A DNA stretch of 64,000 nt from Azolla caroliniana (GCA_043228905.1 JBHGNT010000017.1:10664001-10728000), one strand, 5' to 3'; numbered from the stretch's first letter, positions 35,448-48,581 are shown. The notes: generated by a model from the letters alone, not told the origin. Translations and numbers: made by a program.

Positions 35448-38400
35448 TGTTACCGTACGAGACATACATGTGATTCATAAGTGAGGGTGAACGATGTAAT
35501 GTATGTGTAATCTTATACGATTATGAGTGTGAATGTAAGTGTGAGTGTGGTAGATACAAAGAGGTGTGAGTGAGTGACTAGGTGTGAATGCTAAAGGGGC
35601 TTGCACCCTTGTGGATCTACCCCTTTGTAGCTATTTAACAGGCTTATGGAGAATGAATGAATAGAAGGATCATTTTCTCTCTCAATCTCTCTCTTTCCTC
35701 CCCCTTAATGTTGAACCCCCTTGGGAGGGGGGTGGAGCCATTCTAGGCACCACCCCCCACCCCTCAATGCTTGTCTTGTTCTTCACGTTCTCTCTCCCCA
35801 TGATACCATTCATCATTTCCACTATTACACCATGTCTATCTTCATTATCAATCTACCATCATTGCTAGCCCTATTCCTATCTTTATCATTATCATACCCT
35901 AACCCTAAACCTACAACACTTTTTGGCGACCACTAAGGTGACCCCCCTTTGGAGACGGGGTCGAAGAATGATACGCGGCGAAGAATGATGCAACTCTCAT
36001 CAGTGCGAAATCAAATCGACAATGTGCGAGAACTGGTGGAAATGTAAGAAAGAACGATGGCACGATGACTATTCGCCGCAGAAGTATGCAAGAAAAGCGG
36101 TAAATGATGGCAATGATGTGCGGGAACTGACAATATGTACAAGTGAGTGAGAAATTGAAGATTGACAATGTCTTCATCACAAAACGGGGAATCGATGAAT
36201 CGACAAGGAAGTGTTACGCATCCCTAATCCATGTTTAGTCATAAGCAAAGACAAATATATCCTCTGATGTGTGTTAAAGTAGAGACAAATATATCCACAG
36301 TTTACAAGTTAAAGCACACACGTGTCTCCTCCTAATCACCATTTCAATCATCATCACCATATCCACCTAGATCATTCTTAAAGAAGATGGAGAAGATGAC
36401 GATGATCATGATGAAGGCGAATATGAACATGAAATGGTGTGGTTCGTGGAATCATGTGAAACTATACCAAGATCATAGACATGAAATATCTTTATATGAA
36501 AACCATGGATCATTCGGTGTACCAGGAATCATGAGAATTATCGTCAAAATCACATATCTGAGGTAGAAAATGGCTCAAAACAAAAGATTGGAAAGTAGGA
36601 GACAAGAAGGCAGAATGGATCTAGAAATGAAGACAACGATGGAAAATGCAAACAAAGATTGGAAAGTAGGAGACAAGAAGGCAGAATGGATCTAGAAACG
36701 AAGACAACGATGGAAAATGCAAACGGAGTGACGACAATGGCCGTAATGACAACGCAGCCAAAGCCCGAACCGGAAATGCAAAACGGAGACGACCGAACAA
36801 GGCCGACAACACAGGGGGAGAGACTAACGACGACGGAAACAGCCGGACAACCAGCCGAAAAGTGGCGACCAGACACTCAAAAGCTGAACGGAGAAGCACC
36901 GGCCGGAGAGCGGCCGAAGTGGCCGGATAGTAGTTGGAGTGGGCGGACAGGAGCAAGAGAGCCGGAATGGCTGGACAACAATCGGAGCGGTTGGACTGGT
37001 CGGATAGTAGCTAAACAACAACCGACAACCGGAAAAATTCCGATACGATAGCCGGACAACGATGGGCCAGACAGCCGAACAATGTGGCCGGAGAAGCCAG
37101 AATGACAAAACAACGGTCGGAGTGGTCGGAATGGCTAACGAGAGACACCGGATGCGAACGGGCAGAGACGCATAATACTGGAGGGAGAGATAGTTGGAGT
37201 AATGACCGGAAAGCAGCGACAAGACAGCCAGACAGGGGAAAGATGACGAAGGACGCTGGATGGAAACAACCAATAGGAGATATTGAGTGACGACCAACAA
37301 CAACGATGACGGTGATAGAAACAGAGACACGAAATGGACAACTGAATAGGGATGAATGGAAACCCTAGCCACACCAACTGAGAGCAATGGAGAAGGAAAA
37401 GAAACAAAGATATAGAGAAGGAAGCAGAAAATTAGAAGAAACAAAGAAGGAAAACGCAACAAGAAGAAGAAGAAGAAGGAAGGAAGCGGAGGAGACAGAT
37501 AGATAGAAAGGAGGGAAACGACAGAAGAAAGAGAAAAAGAAGAAAGAAAGAAAAGAAAAAAGAGGGAAAAGGAGAATGATAAGGGGTATTCGTGGAGTTT
37601 TGAAAACTTGAGGGCATCTGAAGATTTCATAAACGTAAGGGTACATAATTAAAATTTTAAAAATCAAAGGGCACGTACGGAATTTCAAAAACTCATGAAC
37701 CTAAAAGAAATGGACACGATCCACACACAATTCACAAGATACAAAGAAGAACACACATACACACAATGCCTTTTTGATGAACCGAATGATGTTACCAAAG
37801 TTTGTGAGCCGACAGAACGAGAATGTTTGTGTCGATGAAGTCTTTGGCCGAAGGAGATGTTCGAGTCAAGCACCCTGATAGAGGGAGTCGATCGTTGATA
37901 TTACCGAAGTTCGTGAACAACAGAACGAGAATGTTTGTGTTGATGAAGATTCGATGACCGACAGAGAAGCTCGAGTCAAGCGCTCCGATCGAGGGAGTCG
38001 ATCGTTGAGAGGACCGATGGAAGTTCCAGTCGAAGAAAGATTATGATCAAGGCATGTGGGATCGACGTGCAAGGCACTCTCCCACGGGCGTGCCATATTG
38101 TGTTACCGCACAAGACGTACGTGTGATTGATAAGTGAGGGTGAACGATGTAATGTATGTGTAATCTTATACGATTATGAGTGTGAATGTAAGTGTGAGTG
38201 TCGTGGTACAAAGAGGTGTGAGTGAGTGACTAGGTGTGAATGCCCAAGGGGCTTGCACCCTTGTGGATCTACCCCTTTGTACCTATTTAAACCCTTATGG
38301 GGAATGAATGAAGAATAACCTTTTCTCTCTCCTCTGCACTTCCATTGCTAATGCAGAGATCATAAACTTTTGTTCATCTTTCTTTTGCGATCAACTGCAC

Positions 38401-38850
38401 GCAAATCGTCAACACAATTTCTCATTCCTCGACTTCATTTAGTATATCGTGGCCACCATTTGCAACATATCATTTATTTGATTTCTTGCACCTCATCTTT
38501 ACCATTATCGCACATTTTGCATTCACGTTGTCGTCGCGCATCCCTCTTCGACTTCTTCTGCAAGGGCAGTCGGCCGTACGGCGTGCCAAAAGGTGTTGTA
38601 TGTTTTAGGGTTAGGGTTAATGGTAATGAAGATTATCGATGACGAAGATAGACATGGTGTAATAATGAAGATGATGGAGAGTATGAAGGTGAGAGAGATC
38701 TTGAAGATGTTGACAAGCATTGAATAACATTGCGGGGTGGGGGGTGGTGCCTAGAATGGCTCCACCCCCCTCCCAAGGGGGTTCAACGTTAAGGACAGGG
38801 AAGAGAGAGAGGTAGAGAGAGATGACAAGAAAGAGATTGAGAGAGAAAAA
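35448..38850 (+). mobile_element. Non-autonomous LTR element N (TRIM/LARD-like): LTR 35448-35918, non-coding interior, second LTR split (38101-~38331 direct, 38594-~38850 inverted)
   Basis: TGTTACC...TACAACA termini; PBS TGGCGACCAC at 35924-35933; no retroelement protein motifs; internal tandem duplications at ~36580-36725 and ~37790-38010. Confidence 0.82.
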
Positions 38851-38872
38851 TAAACCCTAAACCCTAAACCCT
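38851..38872. repeat. Three plant telomere repeats (TAAACCC)3 at a rearrangement junction
   Basis: TAAACCCTAAACCCTAAACCCT between the inverted LTR piece and the duplicated gag. Confidence 0.85.
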
Positions 38873-40572
38873 CGACTTCGTCTCTTGCCATCGTTATGGC
38901 ATTCATTTTTGCTTTTAGTGGCTTCTCTTCTTCTTCGTCCGACTGTTGCCTTTTTCTCTTTACGAGGTCCACAATCGTATCGTGGAACTCCTTCTTCGTA
39001 ATGCCGAGCAATTCCCTCAAGGAAAAAGTCACATGGCTATCAAGAACGCGTTCCTCAAGAATCTTCTTCAAGTCTATCGTTTGTTCTATGGCCGACTTTA
39101 GTTTATAGGTAGGCATAGTTCTTGTCTTTCGAGAGGGGTCTTCGACACCAACATTCACGGGTTGTACCGTTTCTTCAACTCCCCTTTCCGGCTTGGATCT
39201 CCTTCCTCTGTTTCTAAAGCTCGACTCGTTTCTACATCAGATTCTTTCTTCTTCGTGCTCCTTGTTTCATGTCTTTTTGATGGGCCTTGCTCTTCTATTC
39301 TTTTTCTCTTTTCTTCAACAGACACCTCGTGGTGTTGTCATCTACTGGATCTGACCATCCGGTTATACTTTGTACACTTCGATTCGCAAGCTCTACCTCG
39401 TTCAAAGTGACTTTTGCCTTCTTCTCATACTCGAGAACGGTAGACCAAAACTATGTTCCCATTCTATCAGCTTCATTTTTATCTTTTCCGACTCTAATTT
39501 TAGCCGATGCAGCATAGTGCATCGCATCCACATGAATCGCCTCAGCATCTTCCATAGATTTCTTCATTCCCCCTCTTCCGAAATTCACCCGCAGGGGTCT
39601 TCGAGTTTTAGTCGAGCAGATCATGTTGTCATCCATGTATACGATATTTTGTCGGATGGCCTCTTGAAGGATCGCACAATCCCTTCTCATGTGGTCCATG
39701 CTATCGCACCACACGCATCTAAAGGGTTCTCTTCCTTTGGGGCCCCGACGATTCATGTTGGCTAGCGTGACCATCTCGAACTTCTTCACTAGCTCTTCGA
39801 TGATGTCGTCATCAATCTTCTTTTCTTCCGGGCTGCTTTGTTTGGGCGGCTCAACTACTTTCAGTTGTCTTGTTTTCTCCGCGACAGTCGATCTCGCCCA
39901 GTCGGTGTCATCAACCCCCTGACAACGCTTGTCAAGCCTATTGGATGCTTGCTTCACTGCAACCCAGTCCGCCATAAGCCCGTTCGCTTGGGTATCATCT
40001 TCGAGGAGAGTACCCAGTTCTCGTCTATCCTTCATATCCACAGCCTCTAGGAAGTACAAAGTTTTGTCCTCCTCAATTAGCACTTGGTCTATGGCAAGGA
40101 GACGACTATACCTCTGGTCGAATTCGTCGTACACCCTCGAGGCACTCATCTTCTTATTTTTCTTCTCTATCCACTTCATCAAGGCATGTCGAGTCATCCT
40201 CGACAAATCTTCCGTCGCGAACTCCGCTAATATCGCTTTCTCGAATTTGGACCATGTTGTCTTGCCTTCTCGAAGCTCGATGATGCGCCTTTGGATGTTA
40301 TTGGTGACCACTCTCTTGAGACTCATGATTTGACGCACTTCAAACACGTCCCTCTGATTCATCTCCCTTCTGTATGCATCAAGGAACTTCGTAATGTTCC
40401 TTCCGTCAAATTGACCCTCGAGCTCAACGACACGGTTGACAACCTCCTCCATGCTCGCATCGTTGGCTCGAGATCTCATCATTTGTTCGACGATCACCAT
40501 CATACTTTCGAACTCTCCCGCTTGATTGCTTGAGGACGCCATCTCCAAGTATCGGTCGATCGTCGGTTTCAT
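38870..40572 (-). pseudogene. G2 gag; 38870-39348 duplicates 34944-35447
   Basis: ORF 39451-40572 with CVWCDSMDHMRRDC; ORF 38751-39158 nearly repeats 34804-35253. Confidence 0.9.
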
Positions 40573-40614
40573 CCTTCATGCTGCCTCTTCCACGTCAAGT
40601 TCACCAAGTAATTA

Positions 40615-41683
40615 TGTCGTGAATATCTGTCACTACGTGTGGATCGTGAGGCGGAACCGCCGGGGTTCTAGACCGGAAGGATTCGAATTTTGCACAAGTT
40701 TAGCGAGAAAGTATTTAAGATAGATTGAAAGAGAGAGAGAGCTCGAGATAAGATAGAATGCTTGACTTTAGATTGAGAGACAAGATTAATACATCACAAA
40801 AATGGAATAACGAATTTTCTTCTTCTTAATTTCTTGATTAATACATAGCTCCCCTTTTGTCTTTTTCAACCCCTCTTTTATAGACGCCCCCATGCATATG
40901 ATGCATGTGAGGCTACAAGACATGCATAGAATGCATGGAAGGCATGTGATGCATGTTTGCCATTTGGCGCTCATGCATTACATGTGATGCATGTTAACCA
41001 TGTCACTCAATCAAGCTCTAATATGAGAATTTAAATGTTAAAGTATAATGATAGAAAAAAGATTTTTAAGCAAATGGCTTAACTTAGTGGTAAGTCTACT
41101 ACCTCCTATCTTGGAGGTGCAAGGTTCAAGCCTTGCTTGCATCCCTTTGATTTCAAATTTCTAATAGGCTTTTTAGTCTAGATGATTTTGTTCGTTTTAC
41201 ACCAAAATCATCGCAATTAACCTATGCGATCGATCCGTCTATCCGGTCCGGTTCCGACCTAATGATACGGTCTCTCCGGTCCAGTTCTAGCTCCGTTGTC
41301 GTCCGATCACTCAAAATCGTTACGATCAGTTACGCCACAATTTAGCCCAAGAACATTCTGTGCTCCACTCATAGACAAAAATTAAGTTCTGGCTCTGCTT
41401 ATATATACTGTGGGATCCTGATTTGTCCTATTTATATGGGATATCTCACAATTTTGTTTTTCTCTTCTTCTTCTCAAACTTCACACTCACATAACTTCAC
41501 ACTAAGTTGTATAATTCACATGTAGTAAAATGTATTCGGAAGCTCTTGAAGACGTCCATCTTTTTGTACCAAGATATAAAATAATATCTACATTATTATT
41601 GTTTCATATTGTGTGTGAAGAACCACACTCGATTTTGTACGTTCCATGCAATTTTCACACCATTGCCGATAATCTTCGCGACA
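40615..41683 (-). repeat. G2 5' LTR
   Basis: TGTCGTG...CGCGACA; PBS adjacent. Confidence 0.92.
41080..41132 (+). promoter_or_regulatory. tRNA-like A-box/B-box module in G2 5' LTR, antisense
   Basis: A box TAACTTAGTGG, B box GGTTCAAGCC; hairpins ACTTA/TAAGT, ACCTCC/GGAGGT, GCAAGG/CCTTGC. Confidence 0.68.
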
Positions 41684-42564
41684 ACGCGTAAAGAGAAGTG
41701 GAAGAAGAAGATGCTGGAATATGCCACTAGCAGAGATGAGTTGGATCAGAGCGATTCCGACTCCAGAAAGAACGAAGACGAACCTTTAGGAACAAAGTCC
41801 CGACCGGCCAAGAGGGCATTGCTATTGGTGAATGCGAAGTTACGTCAATCGACCCGCTAGAAGAACCCCGTAAAAAGGTACAGATATAGTTAGTGCATGG
41901 CGCATAACTATGCGTACATGACGAAAATGGCAGAAGTGCGTGAGCTAGAGAGCTACGCAGAAGCGGCACAGGATGCACATTGGCGAGCCGCTATGATGGA
42001 AGTGATGCAAGTGGTTGATCCTCCGTGGCATTGCAAACCGATCGGTTGCAAGTGGTTGTACAAGGTGAAGTACAATGTTGATGGTTCGGTCAACCGGTAA
42101 AGGTAGCCAAAGGATACACGTAGACCCACAGAATCGACTACGACGAGACCTTGACTCTGGTAACAATGATGATGACGATTCGTGTGGTGGATTGCAAGAG
42201 AGAAATAAATGGCAAATTCGTGAATCCCACTAATCTAATATATTAATCAACCCTTAGAAAAAATTCAACCACCATATACATCTTTCTCTCTTCCTTATAT
42301 AGTGATGGAAGAGGCTAAACATAGCATAATGCTTTTCTAAAGTGTTCATGCACACTAGATGTCCCTGAATAGCTTTTTCTACCATTCTTTTAATTCCTAA
42401 ATATAGTGTTAGAGTGCATGAGGAACTTTTTCTTTGTTTGTGTTTTTCTTCGAAATAAAGTTTTTATGCACTCTAAATGTCCACGGGTTGGTTTTTTTAT
42501 AAAAATAGGCATAAATATAACTCTTATACCTATTAAATCTATATTGAAATCACTTATGATACGT

Positions 42565-42618
42565 TAGTACAATGGTAAGGTTTGGGGATTGTTTACATGA
42601 AGGTACAAGGTTTGACTT
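42565..42618 (+). promoter_or_regulatory. Degenerate tRNA-like A-box/B-box module in G3 LTR, antisense
   Basis: A box TAGTACAATGG, B-like GGTTTGACTT, 44 nt apart; stem ACAAG/CTTGT. Confidence 0.5.
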
Positions 42619-45600
42619 GTCCTGTGCATGTAATATATATTTTTATATTTTCTTCTATTTCGTCATATTTATTTAATCTAGTACTATATACGGTTTTCAC
42701 GTAGTGTATAAAATACTCTACGACACTCACCCCCTCTGAACCCGCACATCCTTTGGTACATGTGCCGAAGTTGTTGGAGCTCGTTATTCTCCTTCATCCG
42801 TAGTACCCTCATTTTCTCCCCTTATGTCGATTGCTCTACACCGACGGTCTTATCTAAGGTCACATAAGTTTCGTCATTAGTTCGCTCTTTAAAAATCTTC
42901 ACCCGTTTCCCCGCTTAGTTCCATCGAACTCACTTACTTGGTAGGTTCCGTTGTCAAAAACTTTCCGAACTTCGTATGGTCAAAACCACCTTTTTGCGAA
43001 TTTCCAGATTGTTGTGTGTTGATGATCCAAACTAGTGTCATACACTATCACCCAATCTCCTTCTTAAATCTTTCGTGGTCATAAACAATGCTTTATGTCG
43101 AATCGACTTTTGTTTCGGAACCACACTTCTTGTTGTCGGCGTATTGCTTCCACTATGTCTTCGGGTATTCTCTCTAGTTGTCGTATCCGAACCACTAGTA
43201 GTTCTTCTCGGTTCATTTCTTCCTTCCATGGTAGCACTGGTGCTTCGCCGGTCATAAGTTCTGTTGGCATATAACCGGTCACGGAACTATGCGTTGTGCG
43301 ATCTATCATAGTGCATACGGAAGCATCTGCAGCCAATTCTTTACCCTTCTGTCATATGCTTTTACAAGTGCTTTAACGATTGGACTATGTCCTCGTTTGA
43401 TCTTCCCATTGACTTCTGGATTGTATACCATGGTTAGTGTTAACCGTACTCCATGTTTGGCGAAGAATTCCCTAGCCTTATCAGAGTCAAGTTCTCCCCG
43501 ATCTGCAATCATTTGTCCTACGCACCCGTACCTGCAGAACACTTCTTCCAAGAGAGATTGGCATACTGCAGAACATTTTTTCCTCCGTAGCACCCGACCT
43601 TCTACTTGGTTCGTTAGATCTTCCCGAGCTAATACCAAGTACTTCTTTTGTCCAATCCCGGTTGGCATGGCCACAATGTAGACCATCCATTTGAAGTTGA
43701 TTGTTGGTGAGAATGTCAGATGTAATTCATCTCGGTGTCGACCTTCAGAGTAGGTTTGGCATTTCTCGCAGCTTCCCGTGAACTCCGTTACATCTTTGTA
43801 CATATTCTTCTACCAATATTTTTTCTTGATCTTCGCAAATGTTGCCAATGTTCCACGATGTCCAGCCCAATCGGATTCGTGAAATTCGGATATTATTCCG
43901 ACTACCCGTAGTGGTATGTCATCCGGTCTTTTCGGCTCCCTCCAGATTAATCCATTGTTCAAGAAGAACTTCCGGACTTGCCGCTTCTTACTTCGGATCT
44001 CGGCTCTCTTTTCCATATTGTCCAATGATTCCTGGATTTCTTGTAGCACCTTCCCGATCATCAAGCTTTCTCCCTCGTATTCGGCTTCCCAAAATTCTTG
44101 GATTATGTTCACTCGGCATATGTGCTCTAAAGTAAAGTAGTTTTCGGGTTCGGCTATGTCGTCTCCGAACCGTGCCCTTGATAGCATATCCGCAACCGCG
44201 TTGTTTTTTCCAGAGATATGTCGTACCTCTAGATTAAGCGACTTTACATATGCAATCCATCTTAGCATAGCCATATCCGGTATCGTACAACACCAAATCA
44301 TCCCAAGTATCGGAAGACAATCCATTTCAATCACTACTTCGGCTCCGATCAAATAATCTCGATATGATTTTATCGCCAACACGACTCCCCATAATTCTCT
44401 TTTAACTTGTGCATATCCGCGTTGCCTATCGTTGAGAAATTTTGCTCCGAATTGGATCGGATATCGCGAACCATCCGAGTCGACTTGGTTAATGACCCAT
44501 CCAATCCCGGTTGGGCTTCTATCAACCGTCACTATGATCGATCGGTCATAGTTTGGCTTCTTAAGTGCTTCTGCCCTCCATAGTGTTTTCTTGAGCTTCT
44601 TCATGGCTTTGGTATGTTCTGGCCTCCATTCGAACTTCTTACCCTTCCGCAGCAAGTGATAGAGTGGGTCCGCAATGTGTGCATAGTGCGGAATCCATAT
44701 GTGATAAAATACACATGCACCAAGAAATCTACGGACTTCGGATTGTGATTCACATATTTCTTTAATAGCTTGAATCGCATCAATCTTGATTGGCGATGGT
44801 CTTCGGCCGTAGGGCTCACATAGATGTTCGACTACCAATATCTCTTCTTGTCCGAATGTTGATTTCTCTCCGAAGAGTGTTAGGTGCACATCTTCTAACT
44901 TCCGTAGCACTTTCTCACAATCGTGAATATGGTCAACTACGAACTTTCAGCATCCTCGATCATCCATAGTCTCTTCTTTTTCTTTCACCGCACATCCCTT
45001 CATCGGAATGTCATCTAGGAATGGCATTGTTATCTCCGGAATGCAGTCTCGGAGCACCTTGTTCATCACATTCATCATATGTGCGACCGATTTTGTTGCT
45101 CCTTGTGGTAGCATGCACATCCAAACTAATCCTATCGGTGTTTGCATTGTAGTAATATCTCGGCTCTCCACGACTAGTTGGAATTGGTCATACCCGAAGT
45201 ATAGGTCTCCGATGGAGTATATCGCGCGTCCGGCAAACACTTCCGCAAATTCGTCCACTACCGGACCGACTCTGGAGTTCCGGATCATGACCTTGTTCAC
45301 CGGTTGGAAATCTTGAATGAATTGGAGTAACCCATTCTTCTTAGGAACTGTAAACCATCGATTTGAGTACGAAGCATTTGATGGCTCTAGAATCCCCATC
45401 GCCACCTTTTCTTTGAGCAATTCAATGAATTTTGGAATATGTGCCCGTGGCACCGGAATTGGCTTCAAGTTCCACGGCACATGATCAATCGTGAAGATCA
45501 CCATCGACTCCACTATCTCTGATCAACACACCCTATCTCTTTTGGTGTGAATGCGAATGCTTTTCCATGTATCTCCAACATCTCACGGAATTGGTCTTCT

Positions 45601-46333
45601 TCATTCTTTAAGAGCAACCCACCTTCACCAATCCGAAGTTTCTTCCGGGTCTCATTCGTGAAGGCATGTACGATATCCACGGACTTCTGAAGTGTCAGAT
45701 CTCTCAAGACTTCTTTCCTCTTTTGTTCACTATTGGCGGGTAGCGTTCCCACAGACAACTTCACCTTCTTTCCCACAGTCTTATATTTTGTACATACCAT
45801 TACTTCTTCTTTGTGGAGCGCATCCAACCCCATTTTCGCAATGATATTGTACATTGCGACCGATTCCACCGGGACTACCTAGTCTCCCAGGCTATTCTCT
45901 TCCACAAGCTCTTCAAGCCGTTGTAGTGTGCTCCCATAGAACACTTCTTCGACTACTCCCACGATCTCTTCGTCTTCTTTTATGATTGATGCAAACCGTA
46001 ACTCATCTTGCACCTTTCGGAATTCTTTCTTCATTACTCCGGTTACAGCCGTGTATGTAAATGCCCCATCCGGATTGATTCGTAGTTGTTTTTCTCTGAG
46101 AGTTTTGTTCCTGTGTGGGGTATCAAGGCTTCTCGGACTATGACTTCCCCACTCCGCAATAGTCTGTGTTAAAAATCCATTTTTGTTTTGGACAAGAGCT
46201 CTCTCTTGTTCCTTTCGTGATTCGATGGCATAGTAAGGAATTGGATGGTTTTCCCTCCACTTTGGCTCCGAATTCGTGCAAAAGCCGCTCCGCTATCGAG
46301 CACCTTCGTCTCCATCTGTGAAGTCGTGATAAA

Positions 46334-47008
46334 TGTTAGGAAACAGGTCCCTCCGGATGGGAAGTGAGAAGAACAGTACTGATGAGCAAACTCGGTCGAG
46401 GCTGAAACCGGATGAGGAATACCCAGCTACGGAAGACCCAGTGAGAACTGGATGAGGAGTACCCAGAAACGGAAGACCCGGTGAGAACCGGATGACGAGT
46501 ACCTGGCAAGCGCCGGATGATGCAGGCCCGGTGAGGAGTGCTCACCGGGTGAAGAGACATATTCGTAAATATGTTTCTGAGAGTCCATCATGGCTATATT
46601 TGTAAATAGCCAAAAAGTCATATTAGTATAAATATGACTTAGGGCAAACTTTTGTTTGATAGAGTTGTCATTCTTGTTTGCGCAAGATCAGAGCGCGTAA
46701 CTGTGTACAGAGAGAGAGAGAGAGAGAGAGAGGAAGAGGTCGTTGCCTCTGTTGTAACCGCCGCCTATGGCGAAGATAGAAAGCTCGAGGTTGTTGCCTC
46801 CGTGAGCTCACTGTTGTAATCATTGTAACATAGTGATAGTTTGCAGCCTGTGGGCTGCCGTGGTTTTTCCCTAGTTTGGGTTTTCCACGTAAACATCCTG
46901 TGTACTCTTCTCTTCACTGTGTCGTGCATTCATTCCCGTTTTTGTGTGTATGATTCTAAGCTCGGTTGTGGCTGAGCGTTGCGCATAGTGAGCGTGTAGT
47001 TCCTGTCA
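46334..47008 (+). mobile_element. Solo LTR of the Copia A family
   Basis: TG...CA, perfect 5-bp TSD ATAAA, homologous to 12121-12754. Confidence 0.95.
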
Positions 47009-48581
47009 ATAAAGGGTTGCCCTAGGATAACGGAATGTGAGACCTCATCTTGCACGTAGAAATTTTGGTCAATCTCCACTTCTCCGATCTTCACAGTCAC
47101 ATCCGAAGAAGCTACAAATAGATCTTCTGTGGCTTTTGTGGCTGCTCAGATCTTCCATCCATGGTTGGTGTTTATAGGCCACTTCCCATTCTGGTAGAAC
47201 TCCCTGGACATCAAATGGATCTCTGACCCGTGATCAATCAATGTTGGTATGGGCTCTTTGACATTTCCGATTCGGACCGGAGTATCTGTACTTCTGCGTG
47301 CCCAATGTGGCCTTGTGTAGTGGGACCTTGGAATTTGATCCTCCACTTCCATGTCATTCATTAGAACGGTATTTGCATTAACCCTTGGAGAATTTCGTCT
47401 GTAGTTTGTCTCTTTCTTTTTACGAGATCCATAAGAAGATCGTGGAACCTCTTCGCTATTCTGAGTAATTCCCGGAGAGAAAATTCAACCCGACTATCAA
47501 GGATTCTCTCTTCGAACACCTTCTTTAGGCCCCGTCCATTGTTTGATGTCCAAAGCGAGTTTGAATGCCGGAATTGTTTTTCCTTTCCCCTTCCCTTCGG
47601 AGTTCTAGCTCTCCGGTGTCTTTGATGGCCCAACCGCATCATCCGTGCATCATCGTTTCTCATCTACATACATCTCATGCAATTGCCATTACGCATGTAT
47701 GCTATTCTTATCTACAGGGCACTCCCATCCCGTAGCTTCCCGGATGCCTTCTGCGGTCCTCCGGATTTCATCATAGTCGGCTTTCTCCGAGATTTCTAGC
47801 ACTTCCAGCCAAAAAGATGCCTTTGCTCCAGATGACTCCCCCACATGTATTCCCACGATTGAAGCATAATCGCTTTTCGCTTCTATCTCCTCCTCTAGGA
47901 CCTTCTTCATGCCGCCTTTTCGGAAGTTTGGCCGGAGTGGCTTCCGAGAGTCCATCGAATGAATCCAATTTCCCTCGTAAGAGATAAGATCCTGTTGTAG
48001 TGCCTCCTTGTGTTCATCGCAATCCTTCCACTCATGTTCAGTGCTATCGCAGCATATGCACCAACAATCCATATACTTGGAACTTGTGGGACGGTCTTCC
48101 GATTTCTTCACCACAAGGATTTTCAGATTCTCCATCTTCTTCAGCAACTGCTCCACCGTGGTTGCATCGATTCCCTTCTCGGTCGTAGTCTCCCGAGCCC
48201 ATGGTTGATGATCTTCCAATCTAGATCTTGGTTTCGGAATCGGTTCTGAAACCCTCTTTTCTTCATTACCAAGCCATTGCCCCTTTTTTGTGTATCGCAC
48301 GACGATGTCCCACACGTTTGCCCATGTATTGGTAAGGCCACTCTCAGTAGTTGTGTCCTCTAGAAGCACTTCAAGGTTGTTCCGGTCTCGGATGTCCACA
48401 ACTCGTAAGAACATGATCACTTTGTCCGGTGCGAGGATAACTTCATCTCTCGTGGACAACCTCCCGAATGGACTTTTGAATGCCGAAAACACATCGAGGA
48501 CCTTCAGCCCCTGTCCGACGTTTCCACCTAATCTTCGAATCCCCTCCGTGTTGCCTTGGAAGAGTCTTCGATAGCAAACGT

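Larger units (their letters stand above)
29848..41683 (-). mobile_element. Ty3/Gypsy element G2 (G1 lineage), degenerate and internally rearranged
   Basis: LTRs 29848-31001 and 40615-41683; Trp-type PBS 40591-40606; degenerate TSD ATGT / ACGC; PQGATNS and PFLDD RT. Confidence 0.93.
27700..42189 (+). mobile_element. Degenerate Copia C (gag-PR-INT ~27700-29847, RT start 41684-42189), split by G2; no LTRs retained
   Basis: WYVDSGASNHMT, CEACQLGKQ, IFGSIAYVHV, KPIGCKWLYKVK; frame RRRF|TRKEK continues across G2. Confidence 0.88.

Noticed and set aside
36550-37688. Hydrophobic F/L/S-rich ORFs resembling a membrane or env protein
   Set aside because: They are the reverse complement of purine-rich low-complexity DNA, with no domain motifs
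37575-37695. Possible Mutator-like terminal inverted repeat
   Set aside because: No matching inverted partner or TSD found in the window
41070-41145. Functional tRNA gene
   Set aside because: No proper 7-bp acceptor stem or 7-nt anticodon loop, and it is embedded in an LTR; reported only as a tRNA-like promoter module
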